A stretch of 36,282 nucleotides of DNA from Defluviitaleaceae bacterium. Lineage in GTDB: Bacteria; Bacillota; Clostridia; Lachnospirales; WQUN01. The DNA is taken from contig WRKK01000360.1 in NCBI GenBank assembly GCA_009782245.1, forward strand, positions 1 to 36,282, in the 5' to 3' direction. The translations under genes and the position numbers were made by a program. Numbering within the stretch: position 1 is the first letter of the stretch; each line of letters starts with the position of its first letter. Of this stretch, positions 14,765 to 22,736 are shown piece by piece. A model generated the notes under the pieces. It was not told where the DNA came from. It saw only the letters and a program-made list of their open reading frames with translations, and ran no database searches.

Positions 14765-14987
14765 CTATTAACGAAAGCCCCTCGCCAACGCTGTATTTTT
14801 GCGGAATTGGTCTAGGTAAATCGTAGTATTCTTGCGGCGTAAGTATTGCCACAATATCGCCCTTTATTCGGGAGTTTTCCGAATGACCATTGATTATTAT
14901 TAAATATTTATCGTGATATTCCTGCATCATGTCGTCAATTATTACGTCATGTTCCAAAATTTCGTGTTCGCTGTCAAAATTAAACAT
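14727..14987 (-). CDS. small protein (86 aa), paralogue B
   Basis: MFNFDSEHEILEHDVIIDDM... is about 50 percent identical to the product of 14992-15315. It has an AAAAGGGG SD and starts 4 nt after the upstream stop. Confidence 0.75.
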   Translation of the reverse strand: MFNFDSEHEILEHDVIIDDMMQEYHDKYLIIINGHSENSRIKGDIVAILTPQEYYDLPRPIPQKYSVGEGLSLIDGLGVYDLYLPN

Positions 14988-14991
14988 AATT

Positions 14992-15315
14992 TTACCCCTT
15001 TTCTAGTTTTTGTTGGTGTTTTTGATACATTTCATCGGCTAACGCCCATTTGTATAATAAGAAGTCCGTGTTGTGGGTATCGTCCATTTGCAATGAAATT
15101 CCCACCCAAACGCTGTAACCTCGCGGCATTGGTTTAGGAAATTTTATTTTGCTGTACTCCGCAGGAGTTAATATTGCCAAAACATCGCCGTGAATCCGAC
15201 TATCTGTGGACGGCCTGCTGACCGCTATCATAAATTTATCGGGATATTTGTCTTCCATATCCTCGATTATCACGTCATGTTCCAAAATTTCGTGTTCTCC
15301 GTCAAAACTGAACAT
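14992..15315 (-). CDS. small protein (107 aa), paralogue A
   Basis: The preferred start is ATG 15315 (MFSFDGEHEILEHDVIIEDM...). This is by analogy to paralogue B and because an AAAGGGA SD lies 7 nt upstream. The ORF track start at 15357 lacks an SD. Confidence 0.7.
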   Translation of the reverse strand: MFSFDGEHEILEHDVIIEDMEDKYPDKFMIAVSRPSTDSRIHGDVLAILTPAEYSKIKFPKPMPRGYSVWVGISLQMDDTHNTDFLLYKWALADEMYQKHQQKLEKG

Positions 15316-15347
15316 AAAATCGTCCCTTTCTGCTAACCGTTTTTTCC

Positions 15348-15376
15348 AGTATAACACAAAATTTGCTGATTATCAA
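15348..15376 (-). promoter_or_regulatory. sigma-A type promoter of the paralogue/protease operon
   Basis: The minus strand reads TTGATA (15376-15371), a 17-nt spacer, then TATACT (15353-15348). Confidence 0.55.
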
Positions 15377-15430
15377 CCTAGCAAAATTTGCCAAAATTAC
15401 GAAAAAAAGTGCGTTCTCCGCCGAAAACTT

Positions 15431-15459
15431 TTGACAAGGCAGTTTTCATTTGGTATAAT
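15431..15459 (+). promoter_or_regulatory. consensus sigma-A promoter
   Basis: TTGACA (15431-15436), a 17-nt spacer, then TATAAT (15454-15459). Confidence 0.7.
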
Positions 15460-15494
15460 TTCAGCATAACAACCCACGAAACGGAGTGATTACA

Positions 15495-15899
15495 ATGAAA
15501 TACACAAGAGCAGACGAAAACGCCATTAGTTTTCGCCAATACATAGAAAATTTGGAACAGCGGTATCAAGAGGATAGGCGTGAATCCGAGCGACGCTATC
15601 AAGAACACATAGCCGCAGTTGAACGCCGCCGCCTAATCGATTACAAGCAACTGGAACGCCGCCGCATAAAAGCCGAAGAGCAAGCCGAAAAACGTTACAA
15701 CGAAGCAGAAGAGCGCCGTCAAAAAGCAGAAGAACAAGCCGAAAAACGTTACCTTGAATCCGAAAAACGCTACACAGCCGCCGAGCAAGCCCGCATAAAA
15801 GAATACAAAAGCATGAAATGGTTTATCATGGGTAGCGTATTTTTACCTTTTTTGATTGCCTTGATGGTCGCACTATTTCCGACAATACAGCAAAATTAG
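15495..15899 (+). CDS. tail-anchored coiled-coil protein (134 aa)
   Basis: ATG 15495 lies 8 nt after the ACGGAG SD. The protein is R/E/Q/K-rich with internal repeats (AEEQAEKRY x2, RRYQE x2) and one C-terminal TM helix (WFIMGSVFLPFLIALMVALF). Confidence 0.7.
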   Translation: MKYTRADENAISFRQYIENLEQRYQEDRRESERRYQEHIAAVERRRLIDYKQLERRRIKAEEQAEKRYNEAEERRQKAEEQAEKRYLESEKRYTAAEQARIKEYKSMKWFIMGSVFLPFLIALMVALFPTIQQN

Positions 15900-15994
15900 C
15901 AAAATATAAATGCACAGCAACCGCAACCACAACAGCCCACAATCGCAGAAACCGCCACAACAGAATAACCAAATCCCCAAAAACCCCCACCAAC

Positions 15995-16023
15995 AAAAAA
16001 ACGAGTTTTTCAAAACTCGTTTT
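15995..16023. terminator. bidirectional intrinsic terminator
   Basis: AAAAAA-ACGAGTT-tttcaa-AACTCGT-TTT, between the convergent genes ending at 15899 and 16043. Confidence 0.7.
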
Positions 16024-16042
16024 AGATACACATTTTGCAAAT

Positions 16043-17500
16043 TTACTTCTTATAACGTTTTCTCAATAAATCCGCCATATCTGCACGTTCGGATTTCTCT
16101 AACCGTTGAATATACCCCGCTAAATGGGCATCGTGGGCATGGTGCGGGCCGCCCTCTCGATACACCGTCCACATGGGGTCTACGTCTCTGGCAGATTTTT
16201 TCAGCATTTCCTCTTGCCAATCTAAAATAATTTTTGCACCTTTTGCACAAATCTCTGGGTGCTGTGCCTTTATGTCAAATTGCTGGTGCGGATCGGCTGT
16301 TATGTTGAACAGCATTTCGTCGTCAAATAGCTGAAAGCCGTCCCGTATGGTGCGAATGTACAGCCAATCGCCAAAACGGGTGCTACGCTGGCATACGTGC
16401 GCCTGCTGCGATAATACTAGGCTTTCTCTGGTGGATATATTTTTTCCGTCAATAATCAAGCCAGCGTAACTTTCGCCGTCCCAATCTGGGTTGACGGGAA
16501 AATTCAGCAACTCGGCTATTGTGGGCAATAAATCAATGTTGCACCGCAAGCCGCTATCTTTGCCAGTTTTGCCGTTTGGCCATTTTATTATCATCGGAAT
16601 GTTGCAAGTGCTGTGGTCGGCGGTGGCGTGTTCGGCGTATAGCCCCAACTCGCCCATGTTTTCGCCATGGTCGGACGATATTATTATTGCCGTATCTTCG
16701 TAAATGCCCTGTTTTTTAAGCAAATCTAGCACTTTTCCCAATAAATAATCGGCGTATTTTATGCCGCAATCGTATTGATCAATAAAATTTTTAACCTCTG
16801 CCAAATTTTTTACCGAGCCAGGGTGCCGCGGATATTGCGGGTTTGACCAATCTCCGTGGCCGCCAATATCTCTGGCACTGTGCGGCCCCGCTTTTTTTAG
16901 ATGTTCCGCAAAAATTTCCTCCGTAATCCAATCGTCCGCTAATGGGATATTTTCAAACGGATTGCCAAATTCGGCGGGTGCACGATACGGCGTGTGCGGA
17001 TCCCATAAATGCAGGTGCAAAAACCAATCCTTTTTGTCGCTGTTCCTGTTAAGCCAATCTAAAGCGGTGGGCAGTATAACTTCGCCCGATTCCATGCCGC
17101 CGCTACCCTCGTTGTAGGTTTCGTTAAAGCCAGCGTTAAACCACCAAGCAGAGTGCCGCTCTGCAAAAGTGCTGATAGATGCCGTATACAAGCCCGCTTT
17201 GCGAAATTGGTAAAACAAATTGTTCCGCTCGTCTAAATCTTGAAAATCCCGTTTTGCACCCGTTAGCGGACGATCGGCTGCCGTGCCGCCGTGTCCCACA
17301 ACGCCGTTGCGTATGCCAAACTTTCCCGAAACCAACGCCGAACGAGACGGCAAACACGGCGCATCGGAACAATAATAATTTTCAAAAATTACACCCTCTT
17401 TTGCCACTTTGTCCAAATTGGGCGTTGTGTCCCGTGCGTAGCCGTAACAACCCATGTGATCTGGGCGCAATGTGTCAATGTCTATATACAAAATTCTCAT
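16043..17500 (-). CDS. sulfatase (Cys-type, formylglycine-dependent)
   Basis: The preferred start is ATG 17500 (MRILYIDIDTLRPDH) after the AAAGGAGG SD. SDAPCLPSRSALVSGK contains the C-x-P-x-R motif, and the metal-binding DIDTLRPDH N-terminus is present. Confidence 0.9.
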   Translation of the reverse strand: MRILYIDIDTLRPDHMGCYGYARDTTPNLDKVAKEGVIFENYYCSDAPCLPSRSALVSGKFGIRNGVVGHGGTAADRPLTGAKRDFQDLDERNNLFYQFRKAGLYTASISTFAERHSAWWFNAGFNETYNEGSGGMESGEVILPTALDWLNRNSDKKDWFLHLHLWDPHTPYRAPAEFGNPFENIPLADDWITEEIFAEHLKKAGPHSARDIGGHGDWSNPQYPRHPGSVKNLAEVKNFIDQYDCGIKYADYLLGKVLDLLKKQGIYEDTAIIISSDHGENMGELGLYAEHATADHSTCNIPMIIKWPNGKTGKDSGLRCNIDLLPTIAELLNFPVNPDWDGESYAGLIIDGKNISTRESLVLSQQAHVCQRSTRFGDWLYIRTIRDGFQLFDDEMLFNITADPHQQFDIKAQHPEICAKGAKIILDWQEEMLKKSARDVDPMWTVYREGGPHHAHDAHLAGYIQRLEKSERADMADLLRKRYKK

Positions 17501-17566
17501 AAAAAAACCTCCTTTTGAGATTGTGAAACATACCCTATTATATTTTGCCGCTTGCAAATAGTCAAG

Positions 17567-17594
17567 TAAAATTTCCTAGCTAAAAAGCCGATTT
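17567..17594 (+). promoter_or_regulatory. sigma-D/FliA (sigma-28)-like promoter
   Basis: TAAA (17567-17570), 16 nt, then GCCGATTT (17587-17594). The consensus is TAAA-N15-GCCGATAA. Confidence 0.4.
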
Positions 17595-17634
17595 TTGGGA
17601 TTAGTTGAAAATTCAAAAAAATTTCAAAAAAATT

Positions 17635-17663
17635 TTGACAATCCTAAAAGACTATTGTAGAAT
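17635..17663 (+). promoter_or_regulatory. sigma-A type promoter directly upstream of the flagellin gene
   Basis: TTGACA (17635-17640), a 17-nt spacer, then TAGAAT (17658-17663). The leader would be very short. Confidence 0.45.
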
Positions 17664-17683
17664 GTAATTAGGGAGTGATAAGA

Positions 17684-18628
17684 ATGATTGTCAACGTAAG
17701 AACAAACATGATGTCGCTAAATTCTTATAGAAATTTGCGGTTGGTTGCAACAAGGCAAAACAGGGCTTCGCAGCGGCTTTCTTCGGGTTTTAGAATTAAC
17801 ACAGCCGCCGATGATGCCGCAGGTTTGTCTATATCCGAAAAAATGCGAGCCCAAATCAAGGGCTTGGATCAAGCGGCACAAAACGCACAAGATGCAAACA
17901 GTCTTATTCAGACGGCAGAGGGGGCAATGTCAACCATTAACGAGATGGTTGTGCGTATTCGGGAATTAGTGGTGCAGGCGGCAAACGACACCAATGCACA
18001 CGATGCCACCGATGCCGCCGCATGGTCGCAATCAGACCGCACACGCATACAAGCCGAAATCAACCAACTTTTAGCCGAAATTGACGCAACCACAGACCGC
18101 ACACAGTTTAACACTCGCAACTTAATAGACGGCACTTTAAGCGCCGACCGTGCAATCGGCAGAGAGTTGTGGTTTCAGGTGGGTGCTAACGTGGGGCAGG
18201 GTATGCGGCTTAGCATAGAGGCGATAAACGTTGAGGCACTTAGTCAAGTCGGGCTTTCTTTTGCTAGTGCTGTGCCAGCGGGCTTTAGCTTTGCAGAGTT
18301 GCGCACCGTGGACACCAGCATTGCGGCGGCTGGGCAAGGAATACTACGTGAAAACGGCGAAGAAATAAGCAAGTTTATCACCGCCATAGATTTTGCACTA
18401 TCTTTTGTAACCGAACAACGGGCTAAATTAGAGGATTTGGAAGACATAATAGAAAACCTTAACATAGCCGCCGAAAACCTAACAGCCGCAAAATCACGCA
18501 TACAAGATGCCGACATGGCAAAAGAAATGATGCAGCTAACGCAAGCCAATGTACTGCAACAAGCGGCGTTATTTATGCTCGCCCAAGCAAATCAAGCACC
18601 GCAAACGGTGTTGCAGTTGCTGAATTAG
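17684..18628 (+). CDS. fliC: flagellin
   Basis: ATG 17684 lies 8 nt after the TAGGGAG SD. The N-terminus LSSGFRINTAADDAAGLSISEKMRAQIKGLDQAAQNAQDANSLIQTAEGA and the C-terminus AKSRIQDADMAKEMMQLTQANVLQQAALFMLAQANQAPQ are the canonical conserved flagellin ends. Confidence 0.9.
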   Translation: MIVNVRTNMMSLNSYRNLRLVATRQNRASQRLSSGFRINTAADDAAGLSISEKMRAQIKGLDQAAQNAQDANSLIQTAEGAMSTINEMVVRIRELVVQAANDTNAHDATDAAAWSQSDRTRIQAEINQLLAEIDATTDRTQFNTRNLIDGTLSADRAIGRELWFQVGANVGQGMRLSIEAINVEALSQVGLSFASAVPAGFSFAELRTVDTSIAAAGQGILRENGEEISKFITAIDFALSFVTEQRAKLEDLEDIIENLNIAAENLTAAKSRIQDADMAKEMMQLTQANVLQQAALFMLAQANQAPQTVLQLLN

Positions 18629-18661
18629 GTAAAATCAAGCCACATAAAAATTATGCACAAA

Positions 18662-19204
18662 CTACAAAGACATATGCCGTAAATCCAATGCCAAACCGCT
18701 GTGCGTAACCAAAATTTCTTTTAATGTTTGCGATTTTAGCTTTGCCGTTCCCAGATATTTGGCGACGGTATTTTTGTGCTGAAAAATATACCAATGCTCC
18801 GTTATGGGGGAAGTTTCGTATAACGCTTGCTTTAGTTTCCTTTCGGGGGGCTTGTTGGAATTTGACCAGACTTCTATAATTAAATCTGGATACCCCGCTA
18901 CTTTAGTTTCGTCTCGGCTAAGGATATATTTGTGCTTGTCAAACAGCATAATATCGGGGATATAGCTGGGAAGAGAATCCAAATAATCCCTGTCTTTGGC
19001 ATCGCTTAATTTGATGTTTAGCAGCTCCGCTTTGTGGTTGTCTTCCAAAGAACGCCTGTATATCAAGCCCATGTTTTCCTGTTTTATGAACGGCTTGATT
19101 TCAAAATTATTTCCAAAATTATTTCTAAGATAATAAAACAATTCGCCCGTCAAATCGGAATGACGGTTTTGTGGAGAAGACATTTCTGCAAAATATACAC
19201 CCAT
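18662..19204 (-). CDS. Uma2 family (DUF820) restriction-endonuclease-fold protein
   Basis: SSPQNRH, PDIMLF and PDLIIEVWSNSN...EHWYI match the SP..H / PDl / PDlvvEv.S / eYWiv motif series of Uma2 proteins. Confidence 0.65.
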   Translation of the reverse strand: MGVYFAEMSSPQNRHSDLTGELFYYLRNNFGNNFEIKPFIKQENMGLIYRRSLEDNHKAELLNIKLSDAKDRDYLDSLPSYIPDIMLFDKHKYILSRDETKVAGYPDLIIEVWSNSNKPPERKLKQALYETSPITEHWYIFQHKNTVAKYLGTAKLKSQTLKEILVTHSGLALDLRHMSL

Positions 19205-19300
19205 AATTTTTCCCCCTTGTTTAGCAAAATCACGCTAAATTAGCCAAAAAAGCCGCTGGCAATTATAGGTTGACAACGGCTTTTTTGATAAATTTCAACT

Positions 19301-19350
19301 ATTTTCAAGCATTTTCAGCCATTTTTAGCCATTTTCAGCCATTTCAAGCC
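19301..19350 (-). repeat. 5 x 10-nt tandem repeat (GGCTGAAAAT-type on the gene strand) starting at the GH2 stop codon
   Basis: attttcaagc attttcagcc atttttagcc attttcagcc atttcaagcc on the plus strand. Confidence 0.95.
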
Positions 19351-22300
19351 ACCCTAAACCACATCAAATCAATATCACAACCAGGCAAGAAAATAAACGA
19401 CAACGTTCCCTTGCCGACCAGCGGCGTTTCTAGTTGGTATGTGTTGCTTGTGTAATCTTCGCTGGCAAGCACCGTTACCATGTTTACGCTTTCTGCTCCG
19501 TTTTCGGGTGCAAATGCTAACCTTATGCTGTTTTTATCCTGCTGGGAGCGGCTGTTTATTTCTATTGTTTTGGCGGGATTGGTAAATTCCATGCTGCTGA
19601 ACGTTATCGTTACATTGTTGCCGATTTTTTCTACTGCGGTGGGCGTTACGGTAAATGTATCGCCGTAAATTCCGTTGTTTTCGGTAAAGCCGATTTGGCT
19701 GTATGCACGGCTCTGTTTGGCGAAAATAAAGCCCTTTATGTGCACTTTTTGCCGCAACAAAAACGAAACTGTCGCAATACCTTGCAATCGCTTGGGCAAT
19801 TTGTACGTTACTTCCTGGTACGTGTTCCAAATAGAGCCTTTGTCGTACGTTACTGTGCATAAATGTGTGCCAACTTCGGGCATTCCTAGCCAAATTTCTA
19901 TTGGAAACGGCTCGTGTTGCAACGGGAACAACCACAGCGTTATCTCGTCAGAGCCGTCTGTGCCGAAATCTAGGTCGGTAAAACCTACGTGGCTGTCGCG
20001 GTCGCGCAAGGTCGCAACGCCGCGCTCGTTGCCGTTTGTCATTGGCTCGTTGCTAAGATTGTACAGCCCACCCGCCACAAATTCGTAGGGGTTCAAAAAT
20101 GGCTTGCCGTAGCCGCTTATCGTGAACGGCAACACCGATATTATGCTTGCGTGGTCTCTTTCGTTGTCAACCGCACAACGCACGTATGCCTCGCCGTCTC
20201 CTTTTGGCAAAATTTCCGCCGAAAGCCCGTCTTCTGCTACTTTTATTGTTCCCAAAGGGCTGTCAATGCCGTTTGCATCGGTTAGCCGCCAAGTTAGCTT
20301 GCCCACGTTGTTTGCGGTCGCATTTTTCGGGAAAATTTCCGCCGTTATCGTAAACTCCCGTTTTGTCAACTCAATTTTGCGTACGGGAATATCCATTTCG
20401 TCTAAATCGGCAAATAGTGCAAAATTGCCGTTTTCGGGCTTGGATATTGCCAAAAGTTTCCCGTTAAAAAGCCGCTTGCTGGCACTTTTATAGGATTCTC
20501 GGTCGGTAGAATCGCCGTTATCTGTACCCAACAGTTCGCCGTCTGTAATCGTGATGTTTACTCGGTTGTTGGCGTTTTCTACGGGCTTGCCCGAGGCATC
20601 TACGGCGATAATATCCGTAAAAACCAACTCGCCAACAGAAGTATGGTGCAACTTTAACTGCACAGCATCGCCAAAAGAATAGCGGAAATCTTCGGCTATA
20701 ACGCTGCCGTTTCGGGCATACGCACAAGCCCGTAATGTTCCGCTTTCGTACGGCACAATGTAATTTCCCACAAGGTCAATATCCTGCACACCAAGCGATT
20801 TATTATTAAGAAACAACTCCACTTTTGAGACATTGGAGCAAACCCGAACATCAATCGGTTGCCCAGCCGACCAATCCCAGTAGGGCAAAATATGCACAAA
20901 CGGCGTACGGCGGTGGTCTGTCCAGCCAGCCTTAAAAATGTAGTAGGAATCCTTGGGAAAACCAGCGGTGTCAATTTGCCCAAAATAGGAGTTTTTCGTG
21001 TGATACGGCGTAGGTTCGCCGATATAATCCGTGCCAGTCCAGATAAATTGCCCAAAAATAAACGAGCGGTCTCTGTGGTCTTTTATGCAATGTTCGGCAC
21101 TTTTTGCACCCCAACTTGTGGTGCTGTTGCCCAGCGAAGAGCATTGCAGGTCGTCATCGCTAAGCACAGATGCCGTCAGCGGAAAGTGATAAACGCCCCG
21201 ACTTTGCACTGTTGATGCCGTTTCGCCGCCGTAGATAATCCAATCTGGGTGGGCGGCGTGATGTTCGTCATAAAGATACTCGGCGTAATTATAGCCGACA
21301 AGTTTCAGAATTTCCACGCATTTTTGCGTGTTTTCCCAAGCCATGTAATTGGAGCAAAGTGTGATGTGTGCGTGTTCGCCTGGGTCGTGCTGGCGGACAA
21401 GCCCAACTAGCCGTTGCAAAGTCAGCAAGCCGTCCACATAATCGGCGTGAGTATCGTAAATTTCGTTGCCAACGCTCCACATTATGATAGAGGGGCAGTT
21501 GCGGTCGCGGCGAATCCAAGCGGCAACGTCTTTTTCGATCCAATCCTCAAAAAAACGGGCGTAATCGTACTTATTTTTGGGGCGTTTCCACATATCAGAA
21601 ATTTCCGACATTATCAAAAAGCCCATTTCGTCGGCAAGTTCCATAAAAATTTTTGCGGGCGGATTATGGGCGGTGCGAATCGCATTTACGCCCATGCTTT
21701 TCAGCATAATAAGCTGGCGGCGCAAGGCATCGGGGTGAACCGCCGCGCCCAAAGCGCCCAAATCGTGGTGCTGGCACACGCCGTTAATTTTTATATTGCG
21801 ACCGTTCAGAAAAAACCCTTTTTGCGGGTCAAATTTAATTTCACGAAAGCCAAACCGAGTGGAAACTTTATCTACAACCTGCCCGTTTACCAATAATTCC
21901 GAGATTATGACGTAACAAACGGGGTTGAACAGGCTCCACAGTTGCGGCGAGGTAAATTCTATATCGCCGTGGGGCAGGGTTTTAATGCCCACGCTAAGGC
22001 TGTCAACCTTATGCTGAACCGTGTACGTTTCATTTCCGCTAGAAACCACTTCGGCGGCGACGTTGATGTGCCAAACATCGTTAAGATGGCGTTTTGTGTT
22101 TATATAAATGCCGTCTATTGCGAAACGGGTACTATTTTTGATTAGCAGGTAGCAATCTCGGTAAATGCCAGCGCCCGTGTACCAGCGAGAGTTGGGCGAT
22201 TGGTAGTTGACTTTCAGCATAATGGTGTTATCAGCGGGGTCTAGCAGGTTGATAAAATCGGTTATATCAAAATGGAACGCCGTGTAACCGTATTTCCACA

Positions 22301-22565
22301 CGCCGACAAGCTGCGAGTTTACAAACAGTTCGCAATCCATATAAACGCCGTCAAAGCAGAGGATAGCACGTTGGCCAGGCTGCAAATCACTAGCGTCCCA
22401 TGCTTTTTTGTAGTAGCCAATGCTAGTTTCGTAAAGGTTGTTACTGTCGGCTATTAGCCAATCGTGCGGAAGGGTTACTGGCTGCCAATCGGTAGTTGTT
22501 ACCGCTAAATTAGCTTGCTGCACTTCTTTTCTAAAAAACCAGTCGTTGTTAAAATTTTTTGCCAT
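19344..22565 (-). CDS. glycoside hydrolase family 2 (beta-galactosidase-like), 1073 aa
   Basis: Seen: a GH2 sugar-binding N-terminus, NAIRTAHNPPA, WSVGNEI (acid/base Glu) and long C-terminal beta-sandwich extensions. Confidence 0.9.
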   Translation of the reverse strand: MAKNFNNDWFFRKEVQQANLAVTTTDWQPVTLPHDWLIADSNNLYETSIGYYKKAWDASDLQPGQRAILCFDGVYMDCELFVNSQLVGVWKYGYTAFHFDITDFINLLDPADNTIMLKVNYQSPNSRWYTGAGIYRDCYLLIKNSTRFAIDGIYINTKRHLNDVWHINVAAEVVSSGNETYTVQHKVDSLSVGIKTLPHGDIEFTSPQLWSLFNPVCYVIISELLVNGQVVDKVSTRFGFREIKFDPQKGFFLNGRNIKINGVCQHHDLGALGAAVHPDALRRQLIMLKSMGVNAIRTAHNPPAKIFMELADEMGFLIMSEISDMWKRPKNKYDYARFFEDWIEKDVAAWIRRDRNCPSIIMWSVGNEIYDTHADYVDGLLTLQRLVGLVRQHDPGEHAHITLCSNYMAWENTQKCVEILKLVGYNYAEYLYDEHHAAHPDWIIYGGETASTVQSRGVYHFPLTASVLSDDDLQCSSLGNSTTSWGAKSAEHCIKDHRDRSFIFGQFIWTGTDYIGEPTPYHTKNSYFGQIDTAGFPKDSYYIFKAGWTDHRRTPFVHILPYWDWSAGQPIDVRVCSNVSKVELFLNNKSLGVQDIDLVGNYIVPYESGTLRACAYARNGSVIAEDFRYSFGDAVQLKLHHTSVGELVFTDIIAVDASGKPVENANNRVNITITDGELLGTDNGDSTDRESYKSASKRLFNGKLLAISKPENGNFALFADLDEMDIPVRKIELTKREFTITAEIFPKNATANNVGKLTWRLTDANGIDSPLGTIKVAEDGLSAEILPKGDGEAYVRCAVDNERDHASIISVLPFTISGYGKPFLNPYEFVAGGLYNLSNEPMTNGNERGVATLRDRDSHVGFTDLDFGTDGSDEITLWLFPLQHEPFPIEIWLGMPEVGTHLCTVTYDKGSIWNTYQEVTYKLPKRLQGIATVSFLLRQKVHIKGFIFAKQSRAYSQIGFTENNGIYGDTFTVTPTAVEKIGNNVTITFSSMEFTNPAKTIEINSRSQQDKNSIRLAFAPENGAESVNMVTVLASEDYTSNTYQLETPLVGKGTLSFIFLPGCDIDLMWFRVA

Positions 22566-22581
22566 TATTTTCCCCTTTGCT

Positions 22582-22615
22582 ATTTTTTTGATTTTTTTGA
22601 TTTTTTTGATTTTTG
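22582..22615 (-). repeat. about 3.7 x 9-nt tandem repeat (CAAAAAAAT on the gene strand), 4 nt upstream of the GH2 SD
   Basis: atttttttg x3 plus a partial unit on the plus strand. Confidence 0.9.
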
Positions 22616-22736
22616 CTTTTTTAGTACATTTTTAGTATAACACTTTTACGCCGTTGTTGCAAAATTTAATCAAAAAATTTTTTATGGAATACAATGGGAA
22701 GTGTGGGCAATTTTCAAAATTTTTACCCCAAAATTT

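Noticed and set aside
15378-15608. 76-aa minus-strand ORF upstream of the protease operon.
   Set aside because: It overlaps the consensus plus-strand promoter and the start of the 15495-15899 gene. It has hydrophobic junk-like composition and no SD.
15910-16230. 106-aa plus-strand ORF (Q/P/N-rich).
   Set aside because: It runs through the bidirectional terminator and antisense into the 3' end of the sulfatase gene. It is low-complexity.
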